Shown: positions 18,020 to 27,835, numbered from the stretch's first letter. The stretch is 64,000 nucleotides of DNA from Acidimicrobiia bacterium (GCA_036556665.1 DATBIX010000077.1:9257-73256); one strand, 5' to 3'. Program-made: numbers and translations. The notes: generated by a model not told the origin, from the sequence alone.

Positions 18020-18747
18020 AGGGCATCCCGGTTGCGCAGGGCCCAGGTCAGGGCGGCCCACCCGACCACGACCACCGCGACGAGCTTGAGTATCCCGCCT
18101 CCGACGCCAGGTGTCACCGGCCCGAGCGTCGCAGTGGCCACCTCACCGAAGTCGGGCTCCAGCCCGGCATAGATGGAGAGCGAGATCCGCCAGATCGAGA
18201 TCTGGGCGAGACCGGTCACCACGTTGGCGAGGATCGTCTCCACTACCAGGATGTAGCCGAGCCCCACCAGGAGTGACCTCGGGACCATGTAGCCGAGCGG
18301 CACGAAGACAGCCGCATACCCGATCCCGGCCCCCACGAAGAGGGCGAGGGCGGGGAGGGGCACGTCGAGACCGAGACCGACGGCCAATGCTGCGAGGACC
18401 GTCGCCAGCCAGCCCCCGAGCCCGATGGTGAGGGCGGCCGCCGCCCCGGCGCCGATCGACTGGCCGGCCATCATCGATCGGGCGATCGGCCTCATGTAGA
18501 TGTAGGGGAGGGTGCCGCTGTCCCGCTCATCGCGCAGCGTGGCCGTGGTGAGGATCAGCGCAGCGATGGCATAGCTGTAGCCAACCGAGGCGATGATGTC
18601 GGTGAACAAGGCGGGCAACTCCTCCTCGGGCGCATCGAAGCCCGCCAGCCAAAAGACGAGGGCCGGCACCGAGGAAAGGGCGATGAGGCCGATGACCCGG
18701 CCCCGGCGCATGATCCGCATGTAGAGATGACGGGCCAGCGTCATCAA
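18016..18747 (-). CDS. ABC-2 type transporter permease
   Basis: Six hydrophobic helices. ATGA overlap with the upstream ATPase gene. Confidence 0.75.
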   Translation of the reverse strand: MMTLARHLYMRIMRRGRVIGLIALSSVPALVFWLAGFDAPEEELPALFTDIIASVGYSYAIAALILTTATLRDERDSGTLPYIYMRPIARSMMAGQSIGAGAAAALTIGLGGWLATVLAALAVGLGLDVPLPALALFVGAGIGYAAVFVPLGYMVPRSLLVGLGYILVVETILANVVTGLAQISIWRISLSIYAGLEPDFGEVATATLGPVTPGVGGGILKLVAVVVVGWAALTWALRNRDAL

Positions 18748-19661
18748 CGACCTTCGACCAGGTAGCGGAAGACGGATTCGAGCGACTCGTCCACCGGCTC
18801 GACCTTGGCCAGCCCGATGTTGGACTCCCGGGCCAGCCGGGGGAGGGCTCGGGCGAGATCGCCGGCGTCAGACGTCTCGATGTGGAGTGTCTCGCGGTCG
18901 ATCTGGACTCCGAGGACGCCGGACCGGGCGATCAGGGCTGCGGCCAGCCTCCGCGGGTCATCGGCGTCCACGTACACCCGGCGTGGCTTGTCGGTCATGG
19001 CTGCCCTGATCGTGGCCACGTCGCCGACCGCAGCAAGCCGGCCGTCGACCATCGCCACGACACGGTCGGACACCCTCTCCACCTCGGTGAGCACGTGGGA
19101 GGAGACCAGCAGTGTCCTGCCGTCGTCTCCCAGCCGGCGAAACAGGGAGATGAGCTGTGCCCGTTGCACCGGATCGGCGCCGTTCAACGGCTCGTCGAGG
19201 AGGAGGACCTCGGGATCGGAGACCAGCGCAGCCGCGACCTTGGCCCGCTGCTTCATCCCTTTGGAGAACCCACCGAGGGCTCTATCGGCGGCATCGACGA
19301 GGCCGACGGTCTCCAGGACCTGCTGCGCCCGCTCCTCGGGCCTGTCGACCTTGGCCAGTCTCGCCGCCAGTTGTACGAAGCGGCGTCCGCTCAGGCGGTC
19401 GTAGATGGACTCGTCCTCGGGCACCAGTGAGATCTTGCGGTAGATGTCGTTGTCACGCCTCGGATCGACCCCGAGCACGCGGACCTCGCCCTGGGAAGGC
19501 CGCTGCAGGCCGGCGATCACCCGAAGGAGGGTGGTCTTGCCGGCCCCGTTCGGCCCGAGGAGCCCTGTCACGCCGGGTTTGAACCCGATCGTCACCTCGC
19601 TGACCGCGACCTTGAGCCCGAACCACTTGGAGAGGTCGGTGACCGTGATCGTGTCCGTCAC
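18744..19661 (-). CDS. ABC transporter ATP-binding protein
   Basis: Walker A GPNGAGKTT, signature FSKGMKQR and Walker B LLLDEP. GTG 19661 overlaps the upstream permease stop (GTGA). Confidence 0.9.
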   Translation of the reverse strand: MTDTITVTDLSKWFGLKVAVSEVTIGFKPGVTGLLGPNGAGKTTLLRVIAGLQRPSQGEVRVLGVDPRRDNDIYRKISLVPEDESIYDRLSGRRFVQLAARLAKVDRPEERAQQVLETVGLVDAADRALGGFSKGMKQRAKVAAALVSDPEVLLLDEPLNGADPVQRAQLISLFRRLGDDGRTLLVSSHVLTEVERVSDRVVAMVDGRLAAVGDVATIRAAMTDKPRRVYVDADDPRRLAAALIARSGVLGVQIDRETLHIETSDAGDLARALPRLARESNIGLAKVEPVDESLESVFRYLVEGR

Positions 19662-20539
19662 GCCAGCCTCCGGTAGATGCTGCGCACGAACCATGCCGCG
19701 GCTACGGCCAGGACGGCTATGAACACCGCGGATACCCAGACCTCGAATCCGGCAGCCTCCGGGGCGTACTCCACGGTGTCACCGAAGAAGTAGTCGCGGA
19801 TGATGCGGGGGTGATGGTCGAGGGCGAGCAGTGAGATGTAGCGGGCGCCGCCGAAGTCGGCCTCGGCGACTCTGGCTGCGATGGCGCCACCGGCGAACAG
19901 GGTGCCGAGAAAGGCTGCCGCGGCGATGCCGGTCCGGTCGATCACGGCCGATAGGGCGAATACCACGGCGCCATGAAGGGCGATGAATGCGGCGGCGGTC
20001 ACCGGCACCTTCCAGAGGATGTCCAGGTTCTCGCCCAGATACGGGAGGAAGCCATCGGAGGAGATGAGGGCGAGGCCGAGGTGGAGCACCACCTGGGGGA
20101 CGATGTAGATGGCCCCGACCACCGTGGCGAAGGCCCCCACCTTCGAGGTCAGGTAGCCGTCGACGGTGAGCGGCCGTGAGAAGTAGACCGATAGCACCCC
20201 CTTGGTCCGGTCGGGGATGAGGAGCTGCGGCCCGGCGAGGGCGATGAACAGGAGCGAGATCCCCGAGTAGAAGTCGAATAGGCCGCCATAAGTCGGGATC
20301 TCCTGGCGCAGGCTCTCCTCGATGTTCCCTATCGCCCAGTGGATCCCGATGAAGATGGCGGCGGCGACGATCGAGATGGAGATCAGCGTCCACGGGAAGA
20401 TCTTCTGCCTCGCCTTGCGACCCAGGCCGAGGACGCGACGGATGCCGTCCTTGAATACTGCCCTGCGGGCGCCGCGCGGGCCGAGGCGTGGTCCGTCGTA
20501 GGTCCGATACCCGCGGTCGTACAGGACCTGGTCGGTCAT
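19658..20539 (-). CDS. ABC-2 type transporter permease
   Basis: YDRGYRTYDG N-terminus followed by 6 hydrophobic helices. ATGA overlap with the upstream ATPase. Confidence 0.75.
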   Translation of the reverse strand: MTDQVLYDRGYRTYDGPRLGPRGARRAVFKDGIRRVLGLGRKARQKIFPWTLISISIVAAAIFIGIHWAIGNIEESLRQEIPTYGGLFDFYSGISLLFIALAGPQLLIPDRTKGVLSVYFSRPLTVDGYLTSKVGAFATVVGAIYIVPQVVLHLGLALISSDGFLPYLGENLDILWKVPVTAAAFIALHGAVVFALSAVIDRTGIAAAAFLGTLFAGGAIAARVAEADFGGARYISLLALDHHPRIIRDYFFGDTVEYAPEAAGFEVWVSAVFIAVLAVAAAWFVRSIYRRLA

Positions 20540-21438
20540 GCCGCTCCGTCCCGAACCAAGAACAGGTCCTCGAGCGAGGCGGAGCCACGGATCATCCGCA
20601 CCAGACCGGAGCCGGTCTCCGCGGTCACCGCCACTACCTCTCTCTCGATGGTCTCGTCGCCGGGGCCGATCATGAGCCGCCGGCCCTCGACGGTCACCCC
20701 GAAGCCCTTGGCCTCCATCGCCGCCGCCACCTCATCGGCGTGGTCGAGGACCTCGACCAGGACGGTGCCAAGCTTCTCGAAGCCCTGGAGCGGCCCGGAG
20801 CGGAGCAGGTTGCCCGCGTCCAGCATGACCACCCAATCGCAGGTCTGCTCTATGTCGGTGAGGACGTGAGACGAGATGATCACGTTGATGTCGAAAGCGG
20901 AGAGCCGTTTGATCAGCTCCAGCATCTGGGCCCGTCCCTCCGGGTCCAGGCCCGACGCCGGCTCATCGAGCAGGAGGAGATCCGGATCGTGGACGATCGC
21001 CTGCGCCAGCTTCACCCTCTGCTGCATGCCGGTCGAGAAGTCGCCGAGATATCGGAATCTCTCCTCTTCCAGGCCCACCAGGAACAGCGTCTCCGAGGAG
21101 CGGCGCCGCGCCTCGCTGGCCGGGATCCCGGCGAGTTGCGCCGAATACGAGACGAAGTCGGCCGCAGTCTGATCTTTGGGGAGGCATTCGCCCTCGGGCA
21201 TGTATCCGATGCGGGCCCGGACCACCAGAGGTTCGACCTGAGGGTCATGCCCGAGGACCTCCATCGTTCCGGAGGCAGGATGGAGGAGACCGAGCATGAG
21301 ACGCAGCAGAGTCGTCTTGCCGGCGCCGTTGGCCCCGACCAGCCCGGTTACGCCGGGGGGCACCTCGAGGGTCAGGTCGCGGAGGGCAATCACACCCCCG
21401 TAGTCGTGAGTCAGGCCGGCCACCGACAGCACGGTCAT
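20536..21438 (-). CDS. ABC transporter ATP-binding protein
   Basis: Walker A GANGAGKTT, signature FSTGMQQR and Walker B LLLDEP. Start at MTVLSV (21438) overlaps the ligase stop (ATGA). Confidence 0.9.
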   Translation of the reverse strand: MTVLSVAGLTHDYGGVIALRDLTLEVPPGVTGLVGANGAGKTTLLRLMLGLLHPASGTMEVLGHDPQVEPLVVRARIGYMPEGECLPKDQTAADFVSYSAQLAGIPASEARRRSSETLFLVGLEEERFRYLGDFSTGMQQRVKLAQAIVHDPDLLLLDEPASGLDPEGRAQMLELIKRLSAFDINVIISSHVLTDIEQTCDWVVMLDAGNLLRSGPLQGFEKLGTVLVEVLDHADEVAAAMEAKGFGVTVEGRRLMIGPGDETIEREVVAVTAETGSGLVRMIRGSASLEDLFLVRDGAA

Positions 21439-22454
21439 GTGACCACGTCCCTGAAGTTGGGGCCCTCGGGGCGCTCCAGCTGCTCCATCGTGCATTGAGC
21501 AGGGTCCTTGTCAGGCCGCCAGCGATGGAAGCGGGTCGCATGCCGAAAGCGGTCGCCTTCCAGCTGGTCGTAGCTGACCTCGACCACGACCCCGGGCTGC
21601 ACGGGTGTCCACGAGAGGTCCTTGTCGGCGGACCAGCGGCTCACCCCGCCCGGTGCTCGTGCCTCATCACCGAAGCTCCCCGTCGAGACCAGCTCCTGGA
21701 AGCGCTCGAATATCTCCACCCGATCGTGATCGGGGAAGCCGGAGCAGTGCCCGATGAAATGCAGCTCGCCGCGCTCGTCGTAGAGGCCGAGCAGAAGCGA
21801 TCCGATCTTGCCACCGTCCTTGTGCTCGCGGAAGCCGCCGACGACGCAGTCGACCGTCCTCCGGTGCTTGATCTTGACCATCGCCCGCTTTCCGTGTTGA
21901 TAGACGAGGTCGGGCACCTTGGCGATGATCCCGTCACAACCTGCCGATTCGAATTCGTCGAACCAGCGCTGGGCGATCTCCTTCGAGTCGGTCTGGGGCG
22001 TCAGGTGCCAGGGGTCGCTCAGGGTGCCGACGAGGTCCACAAGTCGTGACCTCCTCCGTGAGAAGGGCATTTGGCGCAGGTCCTCGCCCCGATCGGCGAG
22101 CAAATCGAAGGCGACCAGCTCGGCCGGGGTTTGCTCCGAGAGCAGGTTGATCCGGGAGGCGGCCGGATGAATCCTCTGTTGGAGGGCGTCGAAGTCCGTG
22201 ACCCCGTCGACGACGACCACTATCTCGCCGTCCACCACGGTGCCCTCGGGGAGCTGGCCCAGCGCACCCATCAGCTCGGGGAAGTATCGGAGCAACGGGC
22301 GCTTGTTACGCGAGTCGATCATGGTGAGCGGAGCAGACCACGAGATGGAGCGGAAGCCGTCCCACTTCGGCTCATAGAGGAAATCCCCGTTGGGCCAACT
22401 CTCCGATGTCCTGGCCTCCATCGTCTCGATGGGTGGCTTGAAGGGGTGACTCAC
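21435..22454 (-). CDS. ATP-dependent DNA ligase (LigC / LigD-ligase-domain-like)
   Basis: Adenylation motif I EPKWDGFR, DGEIVV, and about 340 aa length. GTG start at 22454. Confidence 0.9.
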   Translation of the reverse strand: MSHPFKPPIETMEARTSESWPNGDFLYEPKWDGFRSISWSAPLTMIDSRNKRPLLRYFPELMGALGQLPEGTVVDGEIVVVVDGVTDFDALQQRIHPAASRINLLSEQTPAELVAFDLLADRGEDLRQMPFSRRRSRLVDLVGTLSDPWHLTPQTDSKEIAQRWFDEFESAGCDGIIAKVPDLVYQHGKRAMVKIKHRRTVDCVVGGFREHKDGGKIGSLLLGLYDERGELHFIGHCSGFPDHDRVEIFERFQELVSTGSFGDEARAPGGVSRWSADKDLSWTPVQPGVVVEVSYDQLEGDRFRHATRFHRWRPDKDPAQCTMEQLERPEGPNFRDVVT

Positions 22455-22546
22455 TCGGCGCGAGTGTATGCCCCGATACCCTGAACCCCGCTATCGACCG
22501 AATCATCGAACGTCTACCCGAGTGGGCCCGGCGCCCGGCGGAGATA

Positions 22547-23494
22547 ATGGCCGAGGCGGCCCAGGAGTACGGCCGTGATCGCTCGTCTCGTATGGCGGCG
22601 GCGATCGCCTATCGCACCGTCTTCGCCCTCGCCCCTCTCCTCCTCCTCGTGGTGGCCGTATTCGGTTGGTTCCTGGGGAGCAGGGCCGAGGCGGTGGTGA
22701 CGATCCTCGAAACCATCGAGTCGGTCGCCGGTCAGGAGGTGAGGGAGATAGTCGAGGGGGTGATCACCTCGGCTCTGACCTCGGCAGATACCGCGGCCAT
22801 CATCGGCCTCGCCCTCCTGCTTTGGACCGCTTCGAGCCTTTTCCTCGAGATGCAGCGCGACCTCAACGACATCTTCGACGTGCCCAACGAGAAGGTGACC
22901 GGCATCATCGCCATGGTGCGGACACGAGGAATCGGGTTCCTGTGGGTGCTCGGCCTCGGGGTGCTCCTCATCGCCACCTGGCTGCTCAATGCGGTTTGGC
23001 GGTTCCTCGGGTCGCTCCTCCCGGATTCCATGGATGCAGCGCACGACCTCGTCACGGTGCTCGCCCCGTTGGTCTCCCTGCTCATGCTCCCCCTCGTCTT
23101 CGCCCTGATCTTCCAGACCATGACGGCGGCCACCGTCCCCTGGAAGGCGGTTCGAGTCGGGGCCGGATTCACCGCCAGTGTCTTCCTGGTCGCCTCGTAC
23201 GGGATCGGGATCTGGTTCCAGATCGCCGAGCCGACCACCGCCCTCGGCTTCGCCGGATCATTCGTGGTGATCCTCTTCCTCGCCTACTTCCTCTCCATGG
23301 TCCTTCTCTATGGCGCCGAGGTGACCAAGGTCTACGCAGATCGCCTCGCCTCGGCCGAGTCACCCTCCAGATCCGAGCTCGAGCCCACCGATCCCCAGGT
23401 CCTGGTGGCGACGCCGGGCGAGGGGGTGCCCCGCGCCGCCTTTCTCGCCTTCGTCGCCGGGATCGTGGTCGGCTGGCGCGGGAGCCGCCGGTGA
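22547..23494 (+). CDS. YihY/BrkB family membrane protein
   Basis: RMAAAIAYRTVFALAPLLLLVV...YGAEVTKVY is the characteristic YihY pattern. Confidence 0.85.
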   Translation: MAEAAQEYGRDRSSRMAAAIAYRTVFALAPLLLLVVAVFGWFLGSRAEAVVTILETIESVAGQEVREIVEGVITSALTSADTAAIIGLALLLWTASSLFLEMQRDLNDIFDVPNEKVTGIIAMVRTRGIGFLWVLGLGVLLIATWLLNAVWRFLGSLLPDSMDAAHDLVTVLAPLVSLLMLPLVFALIFQTMTAATVPWKAVRVGAGFTASVFLVASYGIGIWFQIAEPTTALGFAGSFVVILFLAYFLSMVLLYGAEVTKVYADRLASAESPSRSELEPTDPQVLVATPGEGVPRAAFLAFVAGIVVGWRGSRR

Positions 23495-23536
23495 GCCCAC
23501 TGTCAATTGGATCCGGACTCCAATAACCTCGCCTCG

Positions 23537-24103
23537 ATGTCAATCGACATAGCCGGGTTTGTCACCGACTTCAAAGAGCACGCCACAGAGCACGGCTTTC
23601 ACGTCCACGATGAGCGCCATTTCGTCGAGACCTACTCCTTGCGCCAGTCGTGGGAGGTGGATCTGCACCCCGAGGCCGGGTGCGGCGGGCCCATCGACCT
23701 CCACGTCGCCCTCGACGTCGACCCCAAGGTGATCCTGTCATTGCGGGAGAAGCTCGACGAGATGGACTCCGATTTCGAGGAGCCCGAGAACATCTACCAC
23801 CTCGACCTCTTCTTCAACTGGGCGGTGCCGCCCCTGCACAGCCCTCCCGACCTGCTCGTGCTCGCCACCGACCTGGCCGGCATCGCCGGCGTCTCTCTCC
23901 CCGTCGAGGTCTCGGCCATCGACTCCTACGGGGCGGTCACCGACGCTCCCGAGCGCCGGCTCACCCTCACCGGCAAGGCCTCGGTCAGCCTGGTCGACGT
24001 GCTGATGGGTCGTGAGCAGCTCTGCGAGGTGCTCGATCGGTCACACGAGGTGTCCGAGTACCTGCTCGATCACGTCACCGGGTGGCTGGAGCTGCCCAGC
24101 TAG
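23537..24103 (+). CDS. Hypothetical acidic cytoplasmic protein
   Basis: Coding-like composition and no recognisable family. ATG 23537 is preferred over TTG 23507. Confidence 0.5.
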   Translation: MSIDIAGFVTDFKEHATEHGFHVHDERHFVETYSLRQSWEVDLHPEAGCGGPIDLHVALDVDPKVILSLREKLDEMDSDFEEPENIYHLDLFFNWAVPPLHSPPDLLVLATDLAGIAGVSLPVEVSAIDSYGAVTDAPERRLTLTGKASVSLVDVLMGREQLCEVLDRSHEVSEYLLDHVTGWLELPS

Positions 24104-24522
24104 ATCAGCGTGAGGAACGCCCAGATGCCCAGGGCGGCGGTGATCACGACCAGCGCGTAGAAGCCGACCAGCGTTGCCGGCTTGGGCGGAGGGCTCTCCC
24201 TGATCTCGATCGTGTCCGAGGGTGCCTCCGCCACCCTGGAGACGGTGGCCGCCGGGCTGCCACCCAGGCTACGGGCGAAGCCTCCCGGGTCATCGGGGTG
24301 GAACGACAGGGATTCGTCTTCGGCCTCGATGACGAAGGTCCCTTCCCCGAGGTCGATGACTAGGTACTCGCCGGCCGGCCATTCGCCGATGGGGACGTCG
24401 CCGGCCACCAGGCTTATCTTCTCGCCGTCGAGCCCCACGGTCACCGGCACCCGGTCGTCTTCGAGCGCCACTGTGCCCGGGAATCTCGTCACTTCTTGGC
24501 CCCCCACACGGAAACTCCTCAC
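24100..24522 (-). CDS. Hypothetical protein with a C-terminal transmembrane anchor
   Basis: Beta-rich N-terminal domain and C-terminal LVGFYALVVITAALGIWAFLTLI helix. GTG start. Its 3' end overlaps the preceding gene's 3' end by 4 nt. Confidence 0.5.
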   Translation of the reverse strand: MRSFRVGGQEVTRFPGTVALEDDRVPVTVGLDGEKISLVAGDVPIGEWPAGEYLVIDLGEGTFVIEAEDESLSFHPDDPGGFARSLGGSPAATVSRVAEAPSDTIEIRESPPPKPATLVGFYALVVITAALGIWAFLTLI

Positions 24523-24552
24523 AAGCTAGGCGACAACGTCTGGCGCGCAATC

Positions 24553-25245
24553 CTAGAACGGAACGCCGACGGCTTGACAAAGGAAGGCGGCGAACGGGCC
24601 TGCGCTGGTGAACATGGACGCCAGCTCACTGTCGAATCCGCTGCTGGTCACCACCCTCTGGCTCACGGTGGCGCCCGCGATGAACGATCTCATCTTGAGG
24701 TCTTCGGCGTAGGGGTGGTTAGGGTCGAAGTCTCTGGGGACCCGCTTCAGAGTCTCGTCATCGTCCTGTTGCGTCGACCAGGTCGAGGTGAACTCGGCGC
24801 CCTTGGCCGCCCGCTCCCATCCCGGAGCGTCGTCGTAGATCGACTGGCGGATCTGACGGGCGATGTCCGTTGGCGGATGCCACAGCCCGACACCGGCGAA
24901 GCAGCCGCCGGGCTCCAGGTGGAGGTAGAAGCCAGGGGCATGGATGTCGCTTCCGGACTCGTGGCGGAACTGGATGCCGACGTTGGTCTTGTAGGGCGTC
25001 TTGTCGTGGCTGAATCTCGTGTCTCGATAGGGCCGCATCAGTGAGCCTCCGGTTGGTCTCGGGTCGGCGACGAAGTGGGTCGAGATCGACGCGAGCCGCG
25101 GGCCGAAGTCGGAGATGAAGGCGAGAGCAGGGTCGCGCACCGAGCGCAGGAACCGGTCCTTGTTCTGGTCCCACCAGGGCTTCTCGTTGTTGGCTTCCAG
25201 ATCCTTGAGGAACTCGAACAGTGCCGGTGAGAGATGTCTGGTCAC
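24553..25245 (-). CDS. DUF2461 (TIGR02453) family protein
   Basis: LFEFLKDLEANNEKPWWDQNKDRF...RPYRDTRFSHDKTPYKTN...GFYLHLEPGG is typical of this family. Confidence 0.8.
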   Translation of the reverse strand: MTRHLSPALFEFLKDLEANNEKPWWDQNKDRFLRSVRDPALAFISDFGPRLASISTHFVADPRPTGGSLMRPYRDTRFSHDKTPYKTNVGIQFRHESGSDIHAPGFYLHLEPGGCFAGVGLWHPPTDIARQIRQSIYDDAPGWERAAKGAEFTSTWSTQQDDDETLKRVPRDFDPNHPYAEDLKMRSFIAGATVSQRVVTSSGFDSELASMFTSAGPFAAFLCQAVGVPF

Positions 25246-25317
25246 GGGTCTTTCCTTGTCGTCTACCGGCTCGAAGGTACGCCACCGGAGCCGGGATGGG
25301 GAAGGGGGTCGTTCCCG

Positions 25318-26640
25318 TCAGGCGGGCGTCTCGTCGTGGGCCAGCTCGTCCCATGAGGTGCGCAAGCCATCCCGCATGCTGGTCATGAGGCTCCGGAAGT
25401 CATGCCGCAACACCCACGCCGCGGCGAGCAGGAATACGACTCCGACGCCGATCCGGGCGTAGGCCGAGACCTCCTCCGAGATGTGGCCCAGCTCGGCCAG
25501 GCCGGACTCGGCTATTTGGGCGACGAAGAGGCCCAGCATCACCCAGGCCTCGGTCCGGCTCACCGATCGGCTGGCGACGATGGCGACGGCGAACACCGAC
25601 TGTGCCGCCGTCACGAACAACTCGACCCTCTGCACAGTGTCGAGGGGAAGCCCATGGAGCATCCCGGCGAAGATGGAGAACACGATCGGGAGCGTTCCCA
25701 CCAAGAGCGTCCACTGGTTCACCTTGGACGAGATCAAGGCACCGAGGCCGGTTCGGCTGGCCAGCCTCCAGGCGAACAGGATGGCCACCAGCAGCTCGGG
25801 CGCTTCGGAGGCTGTGGGAGCGATCCACTTGACCAGGAGGAACTCGCTGACACCGATTGCCTCACCGAGCTCGATGATCGACTCGGCGAAAGGCTCGGCA
25901 CAGAGCAGGATCACTCCAGCGGCGATCACGAAGCCCGTGTAGTTGATGATCCGGCGCGGGCGCTTTGGAAGCGAGCCGATGTAGGCCGAAGGGCCGACCA
26001 GATGAGGTGCTCCTGGAGGCGCTCCCGAGAGGCGCCTCAGATACAGGATGTAGATGCCGACCAGCACCACCGCGTCGAACAGAGTCAACGTGTCCTTAAG
26101 GAAGAGAGTGAGACCGTAGAGCGAGGCGATGGTCAGATAGGCGATGTCAACCGATTGGCTCCTCGCCAGGTTGATCTCCTGTGCCGTGGTGCCCTCGGCC
26201 TCCTCGCGCGTGGCCCCCATCTTGCGAACCCTCCAGGTGCCGATCAGGATCACCAGGGGCCAGCCGAGCCCGATCAGCAACTGGTTGCCGCCGGTCATGT
26301 TGGCCAGGGCCAATGGCCCGTACTGGGCGGCCGAGCCCGTGTCGGCGAACTCCTGGCCCGCCTTGGCGGTGAACACGAAGTCGACCGCGTACTCGGGCAG
26401 GATGGCGATCAGGGCGAGGAGGGCAAGTGCCAAACCGGCTGCGATATCGAGCTGCACCACTTCGGCTGCCCAGGAAAGGATGAATGCCGACCCGACGATG
26501 GCCAGTCCGTAGAGGAAGGCCCCGAGGATCGGGTCGACGTGGATACCGCTGATCCGCAGGAAGACCCCCGGCAATGTTGCCCCCAGGGCGAGGAGCATGA
26601 ATGAGATCTGGCGTCTGGCGTCGGGGTGCGGTGTGTCCAT
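25318..26640 (-). CDS. Ca2+/cation antiporter (CaCA, sodium/calcium exchanger membrane region) family protein
   Basis: Two internally repeated hydrophobic halves with LPEYAV and APTASEAPELLV alpha-repeat-like motifs. Start at MDTPHPD (26640). The upstream part of the track ORF is unsupported. Confidence 0.75.
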   Translation of the reverse strand: MDTPHPDARRQISFMLLALGATLPGVFLRISGIHVDPILGAFLYGLAIVGSAFILSWAAEVVQLDIAAGLALALLALIAILPEYAVDFVFTAKAGQEFADTGSAAQYGPLALANMTGGNQLLIGLGWPLVILIGTWRVRKMGATREEAEGTTAQEINLARSQSVDIAYLTIASLYGLTLFLKDTLTLFDAVVLVGIYILYLRRLSGAPPGAPHLVGPSAYIGSLPKRPRRIINYTGFVIAAGVILLCAEPFAESIIELGEAIGVSEFLLVKWIAPTASEAPELLVAILFAWRLASRTGLGALISSKVNQWTLLVGTLPIVFSIFAGMLHGLPLDTVQRVELFVTAAQSVFAVAIVASRSVSRTEAWVMLGLFVAQIAESGLAELGHISEEVSAYARIGVGVVFLLAAAWVLRHDFRSLMTSMRDGLRTSWDELAHDETPA

Positions 26641-26683
26641 CGGGGGCGGGATTGTAAGGGGGAGTCTTGGTTGTTCCGACGCG

Positions 26684-27835
26684 TCAGCCGAGGACGCGCC
26701 GACACGACCATGGCGCCCAGTACCCCAAACCCAGCTCTTGGTACCGGTTGGCCATCCAGGCCGCGGTTCCGATGTTGGCCGACGGGTCGAACACGCTGGC
26801 ACCGGGGAACCCGGCCTTGGGGGCGGTGCTGGCCCAGGTTGCGGGGAGGAATTGGAACAACCCCGATGCGCCGGAGTAGGGGTTGTATGCGTCAGGGTCG
26901 CCCAGGCTCTCGCATTGGATGATGCGCAGAGCCTGATCGACCCGGCTCGCCGGGAAATAAGCCTCAGCCGTCGATCGCCATCTCTCCACCGCCGGGGGAA
27001 AGTCCCAGGAGCCGCCCCCACCCCCGCCGTCGTCCCCGATGGTGGTGGAAGGAGCCGGTGGAGATGTCGTTGTGGGTGATCCGTCCTCGGGCTCGGGTGT
27101 CACGGTGGGCGCGTCTCGCTCCTCCTGGCGATTCCGCTCAGCTTCCCGAGCCTGGGCGGCCTCGACCGCACTCAGGGCGTCGCGATAGGCGGCGTCGGCT
27201 GCGTTGGCTTCGGTGATTGCCTCGGCCACTGCCCTATCGGCCTGCTGGTACAGCTCCGTCAAATGGTCGATCTCGGCGTCGACATCCGCCTTGATCGCCG
27301 CAACCTGCTCCTGTTGTGCCTTGAAAGCAGTCCTCAGATCCTCGAGGGCCCCTCGCTTGATCACGAGCTCGTCGACCCGTGCTTTCCCCGAGTTGACGAC
27401 GTCCTCGACGACCTGCCCGGCCACCATCGCCTCCTCTACCGACTCCGAGTTGACGAAGGTCACACCAGGGGTGACCAGGGCCGTCATGTAGGCATCGACG
27501 GCATGCGTCTCGAGATCGGTCTCGATCCCGGAGAGCTCGGCATCGGCGAACCCGATCTGCGACCTCAGCGTGTCGAGGCTGGAGGAGACTCGTGACAGCT
27601 GAGCGGACAGGTCGCTGATCCGGGCAAGGCTCGTCGCCAACTCGGTCTCGATCTCGATCCTCTCCGCCACCGCGGCATCGACCAGGCCCGCCGCCACCTC
27701 GGCCCGGCCCTCGGCCTCCTCTGCGGCCTGCTCGGACTCCTCCACGGTCTGAGCGAGCGCGGATCCGCCGGCGCCGAGGCTGGCGACGGCCATCGTGAGG
27801 GCCAGGACGAGAGAGGGAGAGCGCAGCGCGCGCAT
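26684..27835 (-). CDS. Secreted coiled-coil protein with a C-terminal lytic transglycosylase (SLT) domain
   Basis: Signal peptide MRALRSPSLVLALTMAVASLGAGGSALA and about 230 aa of heptad-like Ala/Glu/Leu-rich sequence, then a Pro/Thr/Gly linker. The SLT catalytic region is IIQCESLGDPDAYNPYSGASGLFQFLPATW. Confidence 0.8.
   Translation of the reverse strand: MRALRSPSLVLALTMAVASLGAGGSALAQTVEESEQAAEEAEGRAEVAAGLVDAAVAERIEIETELATSLARISDLSAQLSRVSSSLDTLRSQIGFADAELSGIETDLETHAVDAYMTALVTPGVTFVNSESVEEAMVAGQVVEDVVNSGKARVDELVIKRGALEDLRTAFKAQQEQVAAIKADVDAEIDHLTELYQQADRAVAEAITEANAADAAYRDALSAVEAAQAREAERNRQEERDAPTVTPEPEDGSPTTTSPPAPSTTIGDDGGGGGGSWDFPPAVERWRSTAEAYFPASRVDQALRIIQCESLGDPDAYNPYSGASGLFQFLPATWASTAPKAGFPGASVFDPSANIGTAAWMANRYQELGLGYWAPWSCRRVLG

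Noticed and set aside
17018-22454. Calling the locus a complete NHEJ system.
   Set aside because: No Ku homologue is present in the window. The ligase and polymerase are separate LigC/Prim-PolC-like genes, so only the individual enzymes are called.
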